From Candidatus Bathyarchaeia archaeon (GTDB taxonomy: Archaea > Thermoproteota > Bathyarchaeia > 40CM-2-53-6), in NCBI GenBank assembly GCA_050013255.1, contig JBEKFP010000002.1, positions 1 to 64,000 of the forward strand: DNA of 64,000 bases. Direction: 5' to 3'. This document shows, in pieces, positions 10,398 through 20,007 of this stretch. How positions within the stretch are numbered: the stretch's first letter is position 1; each line of letters begins with the position of its first letter. A program made the position numbers and the translations under genes. The notes beneath the pieces are model-generated. The model was not told the DNA's origin, made no database searches, and saw only the letters and a program-made list of their open reading frames with translations.

Positions 10398-12610
10398 GCA
10401 CTCGGCTTCGGAAATATCACAGCAATGTTAGCCCCGGCCAAAAGACCCGGGATTTCTCCTCGTGAAAGGATTTTCAGCTTGGCACCGAATCGTCGTGCCA
10501 CTCTATCTGCAATGTAGAGTCCCAGACCCATGCCTGTCGGCTTTCTAGTCATGAATGGGAGTGTCACTGTCTCAATATCATCTTGAAATCCAGACCCACT
10601 ATCGCTAACGACTAGAATGGAGCCGCTGTCGTATGCATCTATGATGACTTTGATCCTTCGCTCTTCCGGTTTTTTGGCCATTAGCCAGTAGATGCTGTTG
10701 TCGAAAAAGTTGAGCATTATGATAGTAATTAGCCGCTCGGAGCCAGTAGCAACAACAGTTTTCCGAATTTCCATGTCACAGAGAATGTTGTTTCGTTCGA
10801 ATCGGTACCGCATTAGCTCTATTGCATCTTTCGCGACTTGATGAAGATTAACTGGTTCTCCTTCTGGGTCGCGTTGCATCAGGCGGCCAATGCCGCCCAC
10901 GGTCGAATCCGCTTGCCTCAGAAGAGTTACAGTTTGGGCGAGGCGTTCACCCTGGTCGGGAATCAGACTTTGAGATTCTCTTATTTTCCTGAGGACTCTC
11001 AACGCTTCGTGGATCTCCCGTCTGACCTCATGCGTAGGCATCATGTACGTGAGGCCAATTGTCGCAGCGACGAGCAGCGGATCTTCCTGTTCGGCCATCA
11101 TAGAATCCAGCGAATGTCTAAGTTCAGAAAGGAGATTCTTGAAATCATGTCTAAGTTCAGCTCTTAACCTAGGCTCGGATTCGATCATCCTTGACATGAC
11201 AGCGAGTGTTTTTGTGTAGATGCTCTTTGTTTTCTGAGCCCCAGCGGTTCTGCCAGTCTTTTGTTTGAGTTTGCGTCTGTCCTGATAACGCTCGGCTTCA
11301 AACTGGACCAAAGCCGTCTTTACGACGGCGCGGAAGTCCCTGAAAGCATCATTATCAATTAGGCCTTCTCGATCCGTTTTGTCAATTAACTTCGGATTCG
11401 TTTGAGAGGAAATCTCGATGACTCCTATTACCTGATTTCGGCTAAGGTTCATCTCGAATTGTCTTATCCTTCCCATGTCCATGCTTAGCCAGTCATTGTC
11501 CTCTCCGCCATAGGGGAGAACGCGGAACCCGTCACGGAACAACTTCACGCCAGTATTTGGTTTGATGGATTCATCGTAAATTGCGGTGTCGCCGAATACG
11601 TCTCGCAAGTCACGACGATCTAGATCCCATGCATAGAACCTAAGTTTGAACGAGCCACAGGTCGGTTTCCGAGTTTTGAAATATTCAGGGTCAGGCAGAG
11701 CGACTTGTGTCACATGTCGCGCAATCTCGATGAGATCAGGTCTGCTGAATTTGTACTGGTAATTTATCTTTCCGTTGCTACTTATCTCTCCGACAAATGA
11801 ATATGTGGAGAAGCTAACGAGATCCTTTAGGTTTTCTTCTCGGAAGTCAGAATCCAGTTTGTCGTGAACCTGAACTTCGATATTAAAACCAGTTAGGCCA
11901 GCAAACGGAGACTTCATCGCCCACAGGCTGAGTCGAATCCGCATAATCATGCTCTGAGTCCATTGTCTCTGTAACTTGTTTATCGTAATTTGCGTACCAT
12001 TTGGAAACGCCTCCCCCTCTTCCTCTGCTTTCGCGTTAGATGGCCGGTCGACGAAAACTTCAGGGGCTCTTTGCTCCCATAAGACAGGTATGTCGTTAAG
12101 GAGTCCTCCCGTTTCGAATTTCGTCCAATCGAGTACGACTTTTGTTTCCAGGTTCTCGTTTGTGCGTCGTGTGACCAGTTCAGTTAATTCACCGAGTTTG
12201 TTGATGGCGAGGCGCCCGAGACCTTTCTCGCCCAGATAGGGGCGCTTTCCGCTTTCAGATTTTCGTCTCTTTTCACCAGGCGTTCTAGTTTTCGAAAGAG
12301 TGCCAAGCTCAAGCCAAGACGAGAGCACCGTTTCGCGCGTCATCCCGTGCCCATTGTCTTTTATCTGAATGTAGCCGTCAGGCTCAGACACGTTAAACAG
12401 AGTCACTATGACACTCTTTGCGTCAGCATCCCAAGAGTTCTTGACGAGCTCAGAAATTGCGGCGATTTCGTCGGTGATTAATTGCTCTCCAAGTAAACGC
12501 ATAACTCGAGCGCGAACAGCTATTCGGGCGTGCCCTTTGGCGGCCTGCATGGGCTGTTTAGTCCAGCCTCCGATTTGTTGCCCATTTGATAAATTAATGG
12601 GTGGACTCAC
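10394..12610 (-). CDS. MORC/MutL-type GHKL ATPase fused to a histidine kinase
   Basis: N-terminal ELVKNSWDADA, DNGHGM, GEKGLGRLA; C-terminal H-box (THEV), N-box (NFFDNS), DSGSG, GMGLGL. Confidence 0.88.
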   Translation of the reverse strand: MSPPINLSNGQQIGGWTKQPMQAAKGHARIAVRARVMRLLGEQLITDEIAAISELVKNSWDADAKSVIVTLFNVSEPDGYIQIKDNGHGMTRETVLSSWLELGTLSKTRTPGEKRRKSESGKRPYLGEKGLGRLAINKLGELTELVTRRTNENLETKVVLDWTKFETGGLLNDIPVLWEQRAPEVFVDRPSNAKAEEEGEAFPNGTQITINKLQRQWTQSMIMRIRLSLWAMKSPFAGLTGFNIEVQVHDKLDSDFREENLKDLVSFSTYSFVGEISSNGKINYQYKFSRPDLIEIARHVTQVALPDPEYFKTRKPTCGSFKLRFYAWDLDRRDLRDVFGDTAIYDESIKPNTGVKLFRDGFRVLPYGGEDNDWLSMDMGRIRQFEMNLSRNQVIGVIEISSQTNPKLIDKTDREGLIDNDAFRDFRAVVKTALVQFEAERYQDRRKLKQKTGRTAGAQKTKSIYTKTLAVMSRMIESEPRLRAELRHDFKNLLSELRHSLDSMMAEQEDPLLVAATIGLTYMMPTHEVRREIHEALRVLRKIRESQSLIPDQGERLAQTVTLLRQADSTVGGIGRLMQRDPEGEPVNLHQVAKDAIELMRYRFERNNILCDMEIRKTVVATGSERLITIIMLNFFDNSIYWLMAKKPEERRIKVIIDAYDSGSILVVSDSGSGFQDDIETVTLPFMTRKPTGMGLGLYIADRVARRFGAKLKILSRGEIPGLLAGANIAVIFPKPSA

Positions 12611-12617
12611 TTGATTT

Positions 12618-13637
12618 TCAGTACAATAAAACGTCTTCGCAGCCTAAAACTCTAAGCCGGTTAATTACGAGACGACAGGCAGAAGCTGACAAATCCGAAC
12701 CAATCCATCTACGCGCGAGTTTGAAGCTCACAGCACCTCCCGGAGCTGATCCTGCAAACGGTTCATACACAATCTGACCTCGCTTTGTTGATGTTCGTAT
12801 GATGCGGTCAAGCAATTGCTCTGGCTTCTGTGTAGGATAGCCAACGTCTAGCGCCGATTTTGATACAGGTTGAATGTCGCTCCAGATATCCTGCAATGGC
12901 TTTCCGTTCATTTCGTCAAGATATCTCTTCAGCTTTGGAACGCGCCCTTTCACATGGTGGATTCTTCCCGTCGTTCGGAGCTCTTGCATTCTCTGCCTGC
13001 TATATCGCCAATACTTCTCTGAGCCGAGGAATTTGTATTTTGGATTACCATTTGAGGCTCCACCTGGCCCGGATAGATCACCTAGCGCGTATCTGCGACG
13101 GGTTTCTTTTTCAACAAATCGGTACGCGTGCTCGACATATGCCTTCTCGTAAGGCGCATATTGCTGGTTCCAAACATAGTTAGAGGACTTCGAGTATACT
13201 AGGATCGTGTCGTGGACACGTCCGAAATGTCGACCGCCTTGACGTGCATCACTGTGGCAGCTCTGCCGCTTCCAAATTATCTCATTTAGAAAATGTCTGT
13301 ATCCAAAGATTTGATCAGCCAACATCTTAATGTAGTGACTCGCGTGCCAGTCGGAATGAATGAACAACATCCCGCTGTCCTTCAAAACACGGTGAAAACT
13401 CCTGAGCCGCGGATTAATCCAGGCCAGATAGTCATCAAGCCCGTTCCATCTATCCTCAAAGGCGAATTGCCTTTTCTTGTATCTTCTTCCTGAGAAAAAG
13501 GGTGCGTCGGCATAGACTAAACCGACACTGCCCTCCGGTAGTCTTTTCGCGGTTTCCAAACAATCTTCGTTGAAAAGAGAAAAATCAGGTAGTTGGCGTT
13601 TTACCCGTGGACTCTCGACACTTTCCATTATCCTCAT
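12618..13637 (-). CDS. N6/N4 DNA methyltransferase family protein (beta class) with altered motifs
   Basis: DWHASHY, NEIIWKR, YPTQKPE; motif IV reads DAPF and motif I reads EPFAGSAPG. Confidence 0.85.
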   Translation of the reverse strand: MRIMESVESPRVKRQLPDFSLFNEDCLETAKRLPEGSVGLVYADAPFFSGRRYKKRQFAFEDRWNGLDDYLAWINPRLRSFHRVLKDSGMLFIHSDWHASHYIKMLADQIFGYRHFLNEIIWKRQSCHSDARQGGRHFGRVHDTILVYSKSSNYVWNQQYAPYEKAYVEHAYRFVEKETRRRYALGDLSGPGGASNGNPKYKFLGSEKYWRYSRQRMQELRTTGRIHHVKGRVPKLKRYLDEMNGKPLQDIWSDIQPVSKSALDVGYPTQKPEQLLDRIIRTSTKRGQIVYEPFAGSAPGGAVSFKLARRWIGSDLSASACRLVINRLRVLGCEDVLLY

Positions 13638-13891
13638 GCACGATTCCTCACTTAGCGTATCTTATACATGGCTATTCTAGTCCCCACCAATCAATTTCAG
13701 GGAGAACGCACGCAAAATTTTGTTCTGGACGCGTAAACGCTAGATGAGCGGAAGTAAATAGCAAACTGCTCGGGCATTTCTGTCCAGGTGACGTTTCAAA
13801 GTCCTCCCCTTAGGCCGTCATGAGTATTCAGACAAAAAATGGCCCTGAAGCACCAGTTTCCGAACAGAGCCGGTAATACTTAGCGATTTAT

Positions 13892-13910
13892 CTAAGTATA
13901 TGCCATAAAG
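13892..13910 (+). repeat. Right copy of imperfect 19-bp direct repeat
   Basis: Matches 8875-8893 at 16/19 positions. Confidence 0.45.
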
Positions 13911-13928
13911 CTTTGCCAGTCCAAAGCG

Positions 13929-14831
13929 GTGCAAAATTTCTTGGAAAATCTAACCTTTCACACCTCAAAGATTGATAATTTCTCAGGTTTCTCAAAACCA
14001 TTAGACGAAGCGCGCTACGTGGTGGTAGGCGTTCCATACGATCACACAAGTACGTATCGAGCGGGGTCGCGTTTCGCCCCACGAACAATTCGCGATGCAT
14101 CATTGAACATTGAAACCTACAGCCTCCGAACAGGAGTCGATATCGAAAACGTTCCAATACACGATGCAGGAGACCTGCATATAGTCGATAATGTTTCTGA
14201 AACACTCGACCGGCTCAGTGGGGTTACAAAGGACATTCTAACCCTAGGCAAGATGCCAGTCATCATCGGCGGGGAACACACAATCACTCAAGCCCCAGTC
14301 CGTAGCCTTCCGCACCCTGTTGGGGTTGTTAGTTTTGATGCCCACGGCGACCTGAGGGATGAATATGGTGGCGGAAAATTATCCCACGCCACAGTCTTGA
14401 GGCGCATTACCGAGATTGTTGGGACAGATGGCGTTTTCGTGTGCGGTCTGCGAGCCCTATGCAAAGAAGAGGTAGATTTTATTGAACTGGAGAAAGTCCA
14501 GACGATGACGCCTTGGGAAATTAGGGAGAAAGGCTTAGCCAAAGCGACAGAACGCATCAAAGCCTTTACTCAAAAGTTCAAACACACATACCTTACTATC
14601 GATACTGATGTCTTAGACCCAGCCTTCGCACCCGGCGTCGCAAACCCTGAATTCGATGGCTTAACGCCCCAGGAACTCCTAACACTAGCCACAGCTGTGG
14701 TTGACGAAAAAATGGTCGGCTTCGACCTCGTGGAGGTATGTCCAAACTATGATACCGGCGTCACTTCCGTAGCTGCCGCACGCCTTATCTTCGAAGTCAT
14801 CGCCAAAGCAGAGAAATCAAGAAAGCACTAG
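13929..14831 (+). CDS. speB: Agmatinase
   Basis: GGEHT, DAHGD, SHAT, DTDVLDP and EVCP ureohydrolase motifs. Confidence 0.93.
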   Translation: MQNFLENLTFHTSKIDNFSGFSKPLDEARYVVVGVPYDHTSTYRAGSRFAPRTIRDASLNIETYSLRTGVDIENVPIHDAGDLHIVDNVSETLDRLSGVTKDILTLGKMPVIIGGEHTITQAPVRSLPHPVGVVSFDAHGDLRDEYGGGKLSHATVLRRITEIVGTDGVFVCGLRALCKEEVDFIELEKVQTMTPWEIREKGLAKATERIKAFTQKFKHTYLTIDTDVLDPAFAPGVANPEFDGLTPQELLTLATAVVDEKMVGFDLVEVCPNYDTGVTSVAAARLIFEVIAKAEKSRKH

Positions 14832-16147
14832 TCAATTCTTTGCAATTTCGCTATGAAGTACCCGTTACATTCGTGTATGTGCGGGTAGAACCTCTGGCAC
14901 AGATCAAAGCCCCTCAATCCAATGGAACCCAAGAACGGCATCTGCCGCACTACTTTGAAGTCTGGATTTTTCCTTAGAAATTCTTCGATTACAAATTCAT
15001 TCTCTTCTGGCAAGATGCTGCAAGTACAATAAACGAGGGTTCCGCTAGGATTAACATAATCCGATGCGTTTTGAAGGATGGAGTATTGCCTCAATCCGTA
15101 CTCCCTTACGCGCGTCGGGGTGAGCTTCCATTTTCCGGCGGGGCTCCTTGCAAACACTCCGCTGTTTGAGCATGGTGGGTCAACGATGACAACATCCGCG
15201 CTAGTCTTCAAGGGAAGCCTTCTCGCGTCAGCGCGGATGGGTCTGGCAATCTCGCATCCGCACCGCTCCATTTCCTTCTTCCAATACGCGAGTCTGCGGC
15301 CTGAAACGTCGACCGAATAGATTTGGCCTCTATTCTGCATCTGGGCAGCTGCGTGGGTGGTTTTGTTCCCAGGTGCAGCGCATAAGTCTATGACGATTTG
15401 CCCAGGCTTTGGGGAAGCGACGAGGCCGGCCGTAATGCTCGCCAAATCTTGCACAACTACTCCACCTGATTTAATGAGTCTGGACGGCTGGCCCTTCATT
15501 CCCAAACGGAAGACGCCATCGACGCCTTCGACCTTCAACCCTCCTAACTCTGCCGTAATTTCCGCTGCTTGGCTAACGGGCTTCAGCGAGTTCAGTCGCA
15601 CGTAAGCAGGCATGGTGTGCAAATCCCGGCGCAGAATTCGGAGAGCAAAACTTCTTCCGAAAACATTCACAAGCCGTTCTACGAACCAAACAGGATGGCA
15701 GGTTTCCAGGGAAAGTCTTTCGAATTCAGGTAAGGCATCTTTGGTAACCCTTCTTCCCGCAACGATTAGGGCGATTTGTTTCTCATAGACGCGGAGTTCC
15801 CTCCAACCCAAAATTTGCCGGGCCAATTCCACTTGGCGTTCCAGGTCGCTTTGGCGCGTCCCATCAACATACTTGAGGTATGCGATAATTCTCAGGAAGC
15901 TCCCTATGCCGTGCGGAGTCCTGTCGATCTCATCCTTGGAGACTACTTGTGAAATCAAATAGTCAAGTCGGTTTTGGAATCGCGTTGTCTCCATGATGAG
16001 CCGGTACGCTTGGCGAAGTTCATTCGTTTCCTTAACCTCCATCTGGTCAGCGGCCTTGAAGAGGGCGGTTCTCTCTCCGATGCCTGTGTAAGCCATCCAG
16101 CTCAGGGCTTCAATGGATACTGCGAGAGAATTCTTCATCAAGGTCAT
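14828..16147 (-). CDS. RsmB/NOL1/Fmu RNA (cytosine-C5) methyltransferase
   Basis: DLCAAPGNKT, DPPCS, YCTCS..PEENE. Confidence 0.93.
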   Translation of the reverse strand: MTLMKNSLAVSIEALSWMAYTGIGERTALFKAADQMEVKETNELRQAYRLIMETTRFQNRLDYLISQVVSKDEIDRTPHGIGSFLRIIAYLKYVDGTRQSDLERQVELARQILGWRELRVYEKQIALIVAGRRVTKDALPEFERLSLETCHPVWFVERLVNVFGRSFALRILRRDLHTMPAYVRLNSLKPVSQAAEITAELGGLKVEGVDGVFRLGMKGQPSRLIKSGGVVVQDLASITAGLVASPKPGQIVIDLCAAPGNKTTHAAAQMQNRGQIYSVDVSGRRLAYWKKEMERCGCEIARPIRADARRLPLKTSADVVIVDPPCSNSGVFARSPAGKWKLTPTRVREYGLRQYSILQNASDYVNPSGTLVYCTCSILPEENEFVIEEFLRKNPDFKVVRQMPFLGSIGLRGFDLCQRFYPHIHECNGYFIAKLQRID

Positions 16148-16396
16148 ACAACCCCTTTATCGCTAGTTCAACAGGCAATTATTTAGAGCGAGCGTCGCCA
16201 TTTCGTTAAGATAGTGTCCGCTCAATATGTTGTATAGTGCGCCGTCGAAGATGTTGAAGTTTTGTTCAAACAACCCTGCCAGCAGACCCGACAAGAAAAC
16301 TCGTCCACATCACAGGAAAGTACGGAACACACACGATCAGATTCGATAGCGCAAACGGCGGTTGGATCAGAGCTGATTTTGGTCTACGAGGTGTGC

Positions 16397-16433
16397 GACG
16401 GAAAATCTGACGGAAAATGTAAGAGTATATAAA
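16397..16433 (+). promoter_or_regulatory. Tandem direct repeat plus TATA box upstream of polB1
   Basis: GACGGAAAAT at 16397 and 16409, followed by TATATAAA at 16426-16433. Confidence 0.5.
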
Positions 16434-16569
16434 GGGAACGCGCTTGCCCAGTTTCGGGACTAGACCCTAGATGTCTCCCTATCTGAAATATGCGTTCAAA
16501 CCGGGTTTTGCGACTAATCTTCAGCTCATAACTTCTGATAATGAGGCTGATGAAATAGAGGCCTAGCCT

Positions 16570-19179
16570 ATGTCGAAAACACTTGAAAGCTACTTTACGG
16601 AAAAGCGCGAGGAGACCAAGCCGGCCCCGAGGCCTCTGGTCAAGCGGCAGAGCCTAGTCTTCTCGCCAGCAACGCCAGCGTCAATTCCACCATCATACTT
16701 GGTATCCATAGGCTATGACGGGGATCTCAAGAAATGTTTTCTCCGTCTTTACGAACCAAAGTCGCATAAAATCTATTTTTGGTTTGACGATTCGGGTCAC
16801 AAACCTTACTGTTACAGCAAGCAGTCGGTCGGAGAACTTCAGAGAGTGGAAGCAGTAGCGAGGAACCCTGGGTTCGACCATTTCGACGAGGAAACGAAGT
16901 TTGACGCGCTCAGAAGTGAGTATGTTAAAGTAACAAAAATCGTTGCCAAAGACCCACTGACAATCGGTGGAAAACCTACCGGTTCAATGCGCGACGCCAT
17001 AACCGCTTGGGAAGCTGACATAAAGTATGTCGAGAATTTCATCTATGACCGCGAGCTCGAACCTGGCATGATGTACGAGTATAAAGACAAACAGTTGGTC
17101 GCGCTGAAATACCAACTGCCAGAACAAGCAGCCATGGAAATTGACAGCCTGTTCCGGGATGACTCTCAAGAGTACAGGGGCCTAGCAAGAGAATGGATGC
17201 GGCTGCTTGAGTGCCCCGTACCAGAATACAGGAGGGCGGCCGTTGACATCGAGGTTTTTCAGGCCGTTGAGTCACGTATTCCCGATCCAGAATTATCGGA
17301 ACAACCAGTAATCTGTGCAAGCCTAGTGGGATCCGACGGCGCCAAACGCGTACTCCTCTTACGACGAGAAGGGACTCCTGAGGGTCAGGCTTCATTACCA
17401 ACCGGCGTTGAATCGGAATTCTATGACACAGAGGAAGAATTGTTAATCTCTCTCTTCCAAGCTTTTCTGGATTATCCGATAGTGGTCACATTCAACGGCG
17501 ACGATTTTGACCTGAAATACCTCTACCACCGCGCGCAAAGGTTGGGTTTCAGAAATGAAGAAATACCAATCGAGTTAGGCCGTGACGTCGCATTTCTCAA
17601 GTATGGTGTCCATATAGACCTCTACAAGTTCTTCTTTAACAGGTCTATCCAAGTTTATGCGTTCGGCCAGAAGTACCGAGAGAACACGCTGGACGCTGTC
17701 GGCGCAGCGCTAATCGGAACTCCAAAGGTGGAAATAGAATCAGTTTCGAAAGCATCCTACAAGGAATTGGCCGCCTACTGCTATCGTGACTCCGAAATTG
17801 TCCTTAACCTAACTTCATTCAACGAAGAGTTGGTCATGAAGTTGATGACGGCGATATCACGAATTAGCTACATGACGCTGGACGATGTCTCAAGGCAGGG
17901 GGTTTCGGGTTGGATTCGAAGCATACTGTTCTGTCACCACCGCAAACGCGGATACTTGATTCCTAGGAGAGACGAGATTCTAGAGGTTAAAGGCCAAACG
18001 GCTACGGAAGCTGTGATTAAGGGCAAGAAGTACAAGGGCGCTTTAGTTGTTGAACCTAAACCAGGCGTCCATTTCAACGTCGCCGTCCTCGACTTCGCAT
18101 CACTGTACCCTTCTATCATCAAGGTCTGGAACCTCGGCTACGAGACCGTTCGTTGCCCACACGGGGACGAGGCTTGCAGGAAAAACCTGATCCCAGGAAC
18201 GCCCCACTGGGTCTGCAAGAAGAAGCGAGGACTTGAAAGCCTACTGATTGGGTCGCTTAGGGACCTTCGAGTTGGCAGGTACAAGCTCAAGTCCAAAGAC
18301 CAGTCTTTACCACCGGACTTGAAGAGTTGGTACAAAGTCGTATCCGATGCGCTGAAAGTGATACTAAATGCGTCCTACGGTGTCTTCGGTGCGGATAATT
18401 TTGCATTGTATTGTCCGCCTGTCGCCGAGGCCACTGCCGCAATAGGCAGGCACGTTATAACTCAAGCATTGCAGAAAGCGCAGGAACTTAATTTAGAAGT
18501 CTACTATGGCGACACGGATTCCATATTTCTTCAAGGTCAGGATAAAGTCTCGCTTAACAAGCTTATAGAATGGTCTACCGGCCAGCTCAGGATGGAGTTG
18601 GAAATTGACAAGATCTATCGTTACCTTGCGCTTAGTTCAAGGAAGAAGAACTACTTCGGCGTTCTGCCCGATGGAAGCGTAGACATCAAAGGATTGACAG
18701 GGAAAAAGCGGCATATTCCAGAGTTCTTGCACAGCGCCTTTTACGAAATGGTTTCGGCCCTGGCCGAAGTCAAATCGCCGGAAGACATCGACCTTGCGAA
18801 AGCGAAGACAATTGAAATCGTGAAACGCAGTTATGTGAGACTGCGGAACAGGGAATACACGCTCCACGAACTCGCCTTTTCAATGATGATGAGCAGAACC
18901 CCGGAACATTACACAAAAACGACCCCGCAGCACGTGAAAGCGGCTAAGCAATTACAACAAGCCGGCGCAGAAATGAAACCAGGCGATATCATATCTTTCG
19001 TAAAGGTACGAGGCGAGCCCGGAGTTAAGCCCGTGCAGCTTGCTAGGCTGGAAGAGGTAGACACTGAGAAATACATCGAATACATCCGGGGCACATTTGA
19101 ACAGGTACTTGACGCTTTAGGAGTGGAATTCGAAGATTTGGCAGGCGTAAAGAAACTGGAATCCTTCTTCAACGGGTGA
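16570..19179 (+). CDS. polB1: Family B DNA polymerase, PolB1 type
   Basis: DIEV exonuclease I, FNGDDFD, DFASLYPSII, KVILNASYG, YGDTDS; PolB1-type N-terminus; no intein. Confidence 0.96.
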   Translation: MSKTLESYFTEKREETKPAPRPLVKRQSLVFSPATPASIPPSYLVSIGYDGDLKKCFLRLYEPKSHKIYFWFDDSGHKPYCYSKQSVGELQRVEAVARNPGFDHFDEETKFDALRSEYVKVTKIVAKDPLTIGGKPTGSMRDAITAWEADIKYVENFIYDRELEPGMMYEYKDKQLVALKYQLPEQAAMEIDSLFRDDSQEYRGLAREWMRLLECPVPEYRRAAVDIEVFQAVESRIPDPELSEQPVICASLVGSDGAKRVLLLRREGTPEGQASLPTGVESEFYDTEEELLISLFQAFLDYPIVVTFNGDDFDLKYLYHRAQRLGFRNEEIPIELGRDVAFLKYGVHIDLYKFFFNRSIQVYAFGQKYRENTLDAVGAALIGTPKVEIESVSKASYKELAAYCYRDSEIVLNLTSFNEELVMKLMTAISRISYMTLDDVSRQGVSGWIRSILFCHHRKRGYLIPRRDEILEVKGQTATEAVIKGKKYKGALVVEPKPGVHFNVAVLDFASLYPSIIKVWNLGYETVRCPHGDEACRKNLIPGTPHWVCKKKRGLESLLIGSLRDLRVGRYKLKSKDQSLPPDLKSWYKVVSDALKVILNASYGVFGADNFALYCPPVAEATAAIGRHVITQALQKAQELNLEVYYGDTDSIFLQGQDKVSLNKLIEWSTGQLRMELEIDKIYRYLALSSRKKNYFGVLPDGSVDIKGLTGKKRHIPEFLHSAFYEMVSALAEVKSPEDIDLAKAKTIEIVKRSYVRLRNREYTLHELAFSMMMSRTPEHYTKTTPQHVKAAKQLQQAGAEMKPGDIISFVKVRGEPGVKPVQLARLEEVDTEKYIEYIRGTFEQVLDALGVEFEDLAGVKKLESFFNG

Positions 19180-19931
19180 GTAAATTGATTCAGATAATCG
19201 GGCTAAGAAAGATTCCGCTCACCAGACGCGGGGACAATATAGCCGATCAGATCGTTAATGCAGCCAGAGAGGAAGGCGCTCAAATCTCAGATCACGACAT
19301 CTTGGTAATCGCGCAGAAAATTGTCTCCAAAGCGGAGGGAGGCGTTGTAGATTTGAAAACGATCAAGCCTACGGGAAAGGCAGAAGAAATTTCCAAGGCC
19401 TGCGGCAAGGATCCCAGACACGTGGAAACAATTCTGAGAGAAAGCGCGAAAATCGTGCGGCAGAAGGGCCCACATATTATCGTGCAAACGCGCCATGGTT
19501 TCGTCTGTGCGAACGCTGGTGTCGACAGGTCGAATGTTGAAAATCCTGATTCAGTGGTTGTACTTCCAGTCGACCCCGACAAATCAGCGCGCGAAATAAG
19601 GGAGCGAATCAGAGAACTCACAGGCCGAGACGTGGCTGTAATTATCTCCGACACATTCGGGCGCGCCTGGCGAAATGGGCAAGTAAACGTAGCGATAGGC
19701 GTGGATGGATTACGGCCTATAATTGATTACCGTGGATCCAAAGACATGTTCGGCTACGTTCTTAATGTAACCCAAGTGGCCGTGGCGGATGAACTGGCTT
19801 CGGCCGCCGAATTGGTGATGAAGAAACGAGATGGCGTCCCGGTCGCAATCATAAAGGGCGTCGATTACGCACGCGGCAAGGGCTCAGTTCGTGACCTCAT
19901 ACGGCCCGAGGAAGAGGACCTGTTTCGCTAA
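19176..19931 (+). CDS. cofE: Coenzyme F420-0:L-glutamate ligase
   Basis: KIVSKAEG, CANAGVDRSN, SDTFGRAWR, ADELASAA, EEDLFR. Confidence 0.93.
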   Translation: MSKLIQIIGLRKIPLTRRGDNIADQIVNAAREEGAQISDHDILVIAQKIVSKAEGGVVDLKTIKPTGKAEEISKACGKDPRHVETILRESAKIVRQKGPHIIVQTRHGFVCANAGVDRSNVENPDSVVVLPVDPDKSAREIRERIRELTGRDVAVIISDTFGRAWRNGQVNVAIGVDGLRPIIDYRGSKDMFGYVLNVTQVAVADELASAAELVMKKRDGVPVAIIKGVDYARGKGSVRDLIRPEEEDLFR

Positions 19932-20007
19932 TTCACTCCATCCAATATGCTTTGAGAGGGACCCTTCGCAAGCTTAATTATTCCTAGACCTTTGTCTAGC
20001 TGAAACG

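Noticed and set aside
16570-19179. Intein in polB1 (or topA)
   Set aside because: Lengths are normal and the motifs are contiguous, with no intein splice-junction signatures.
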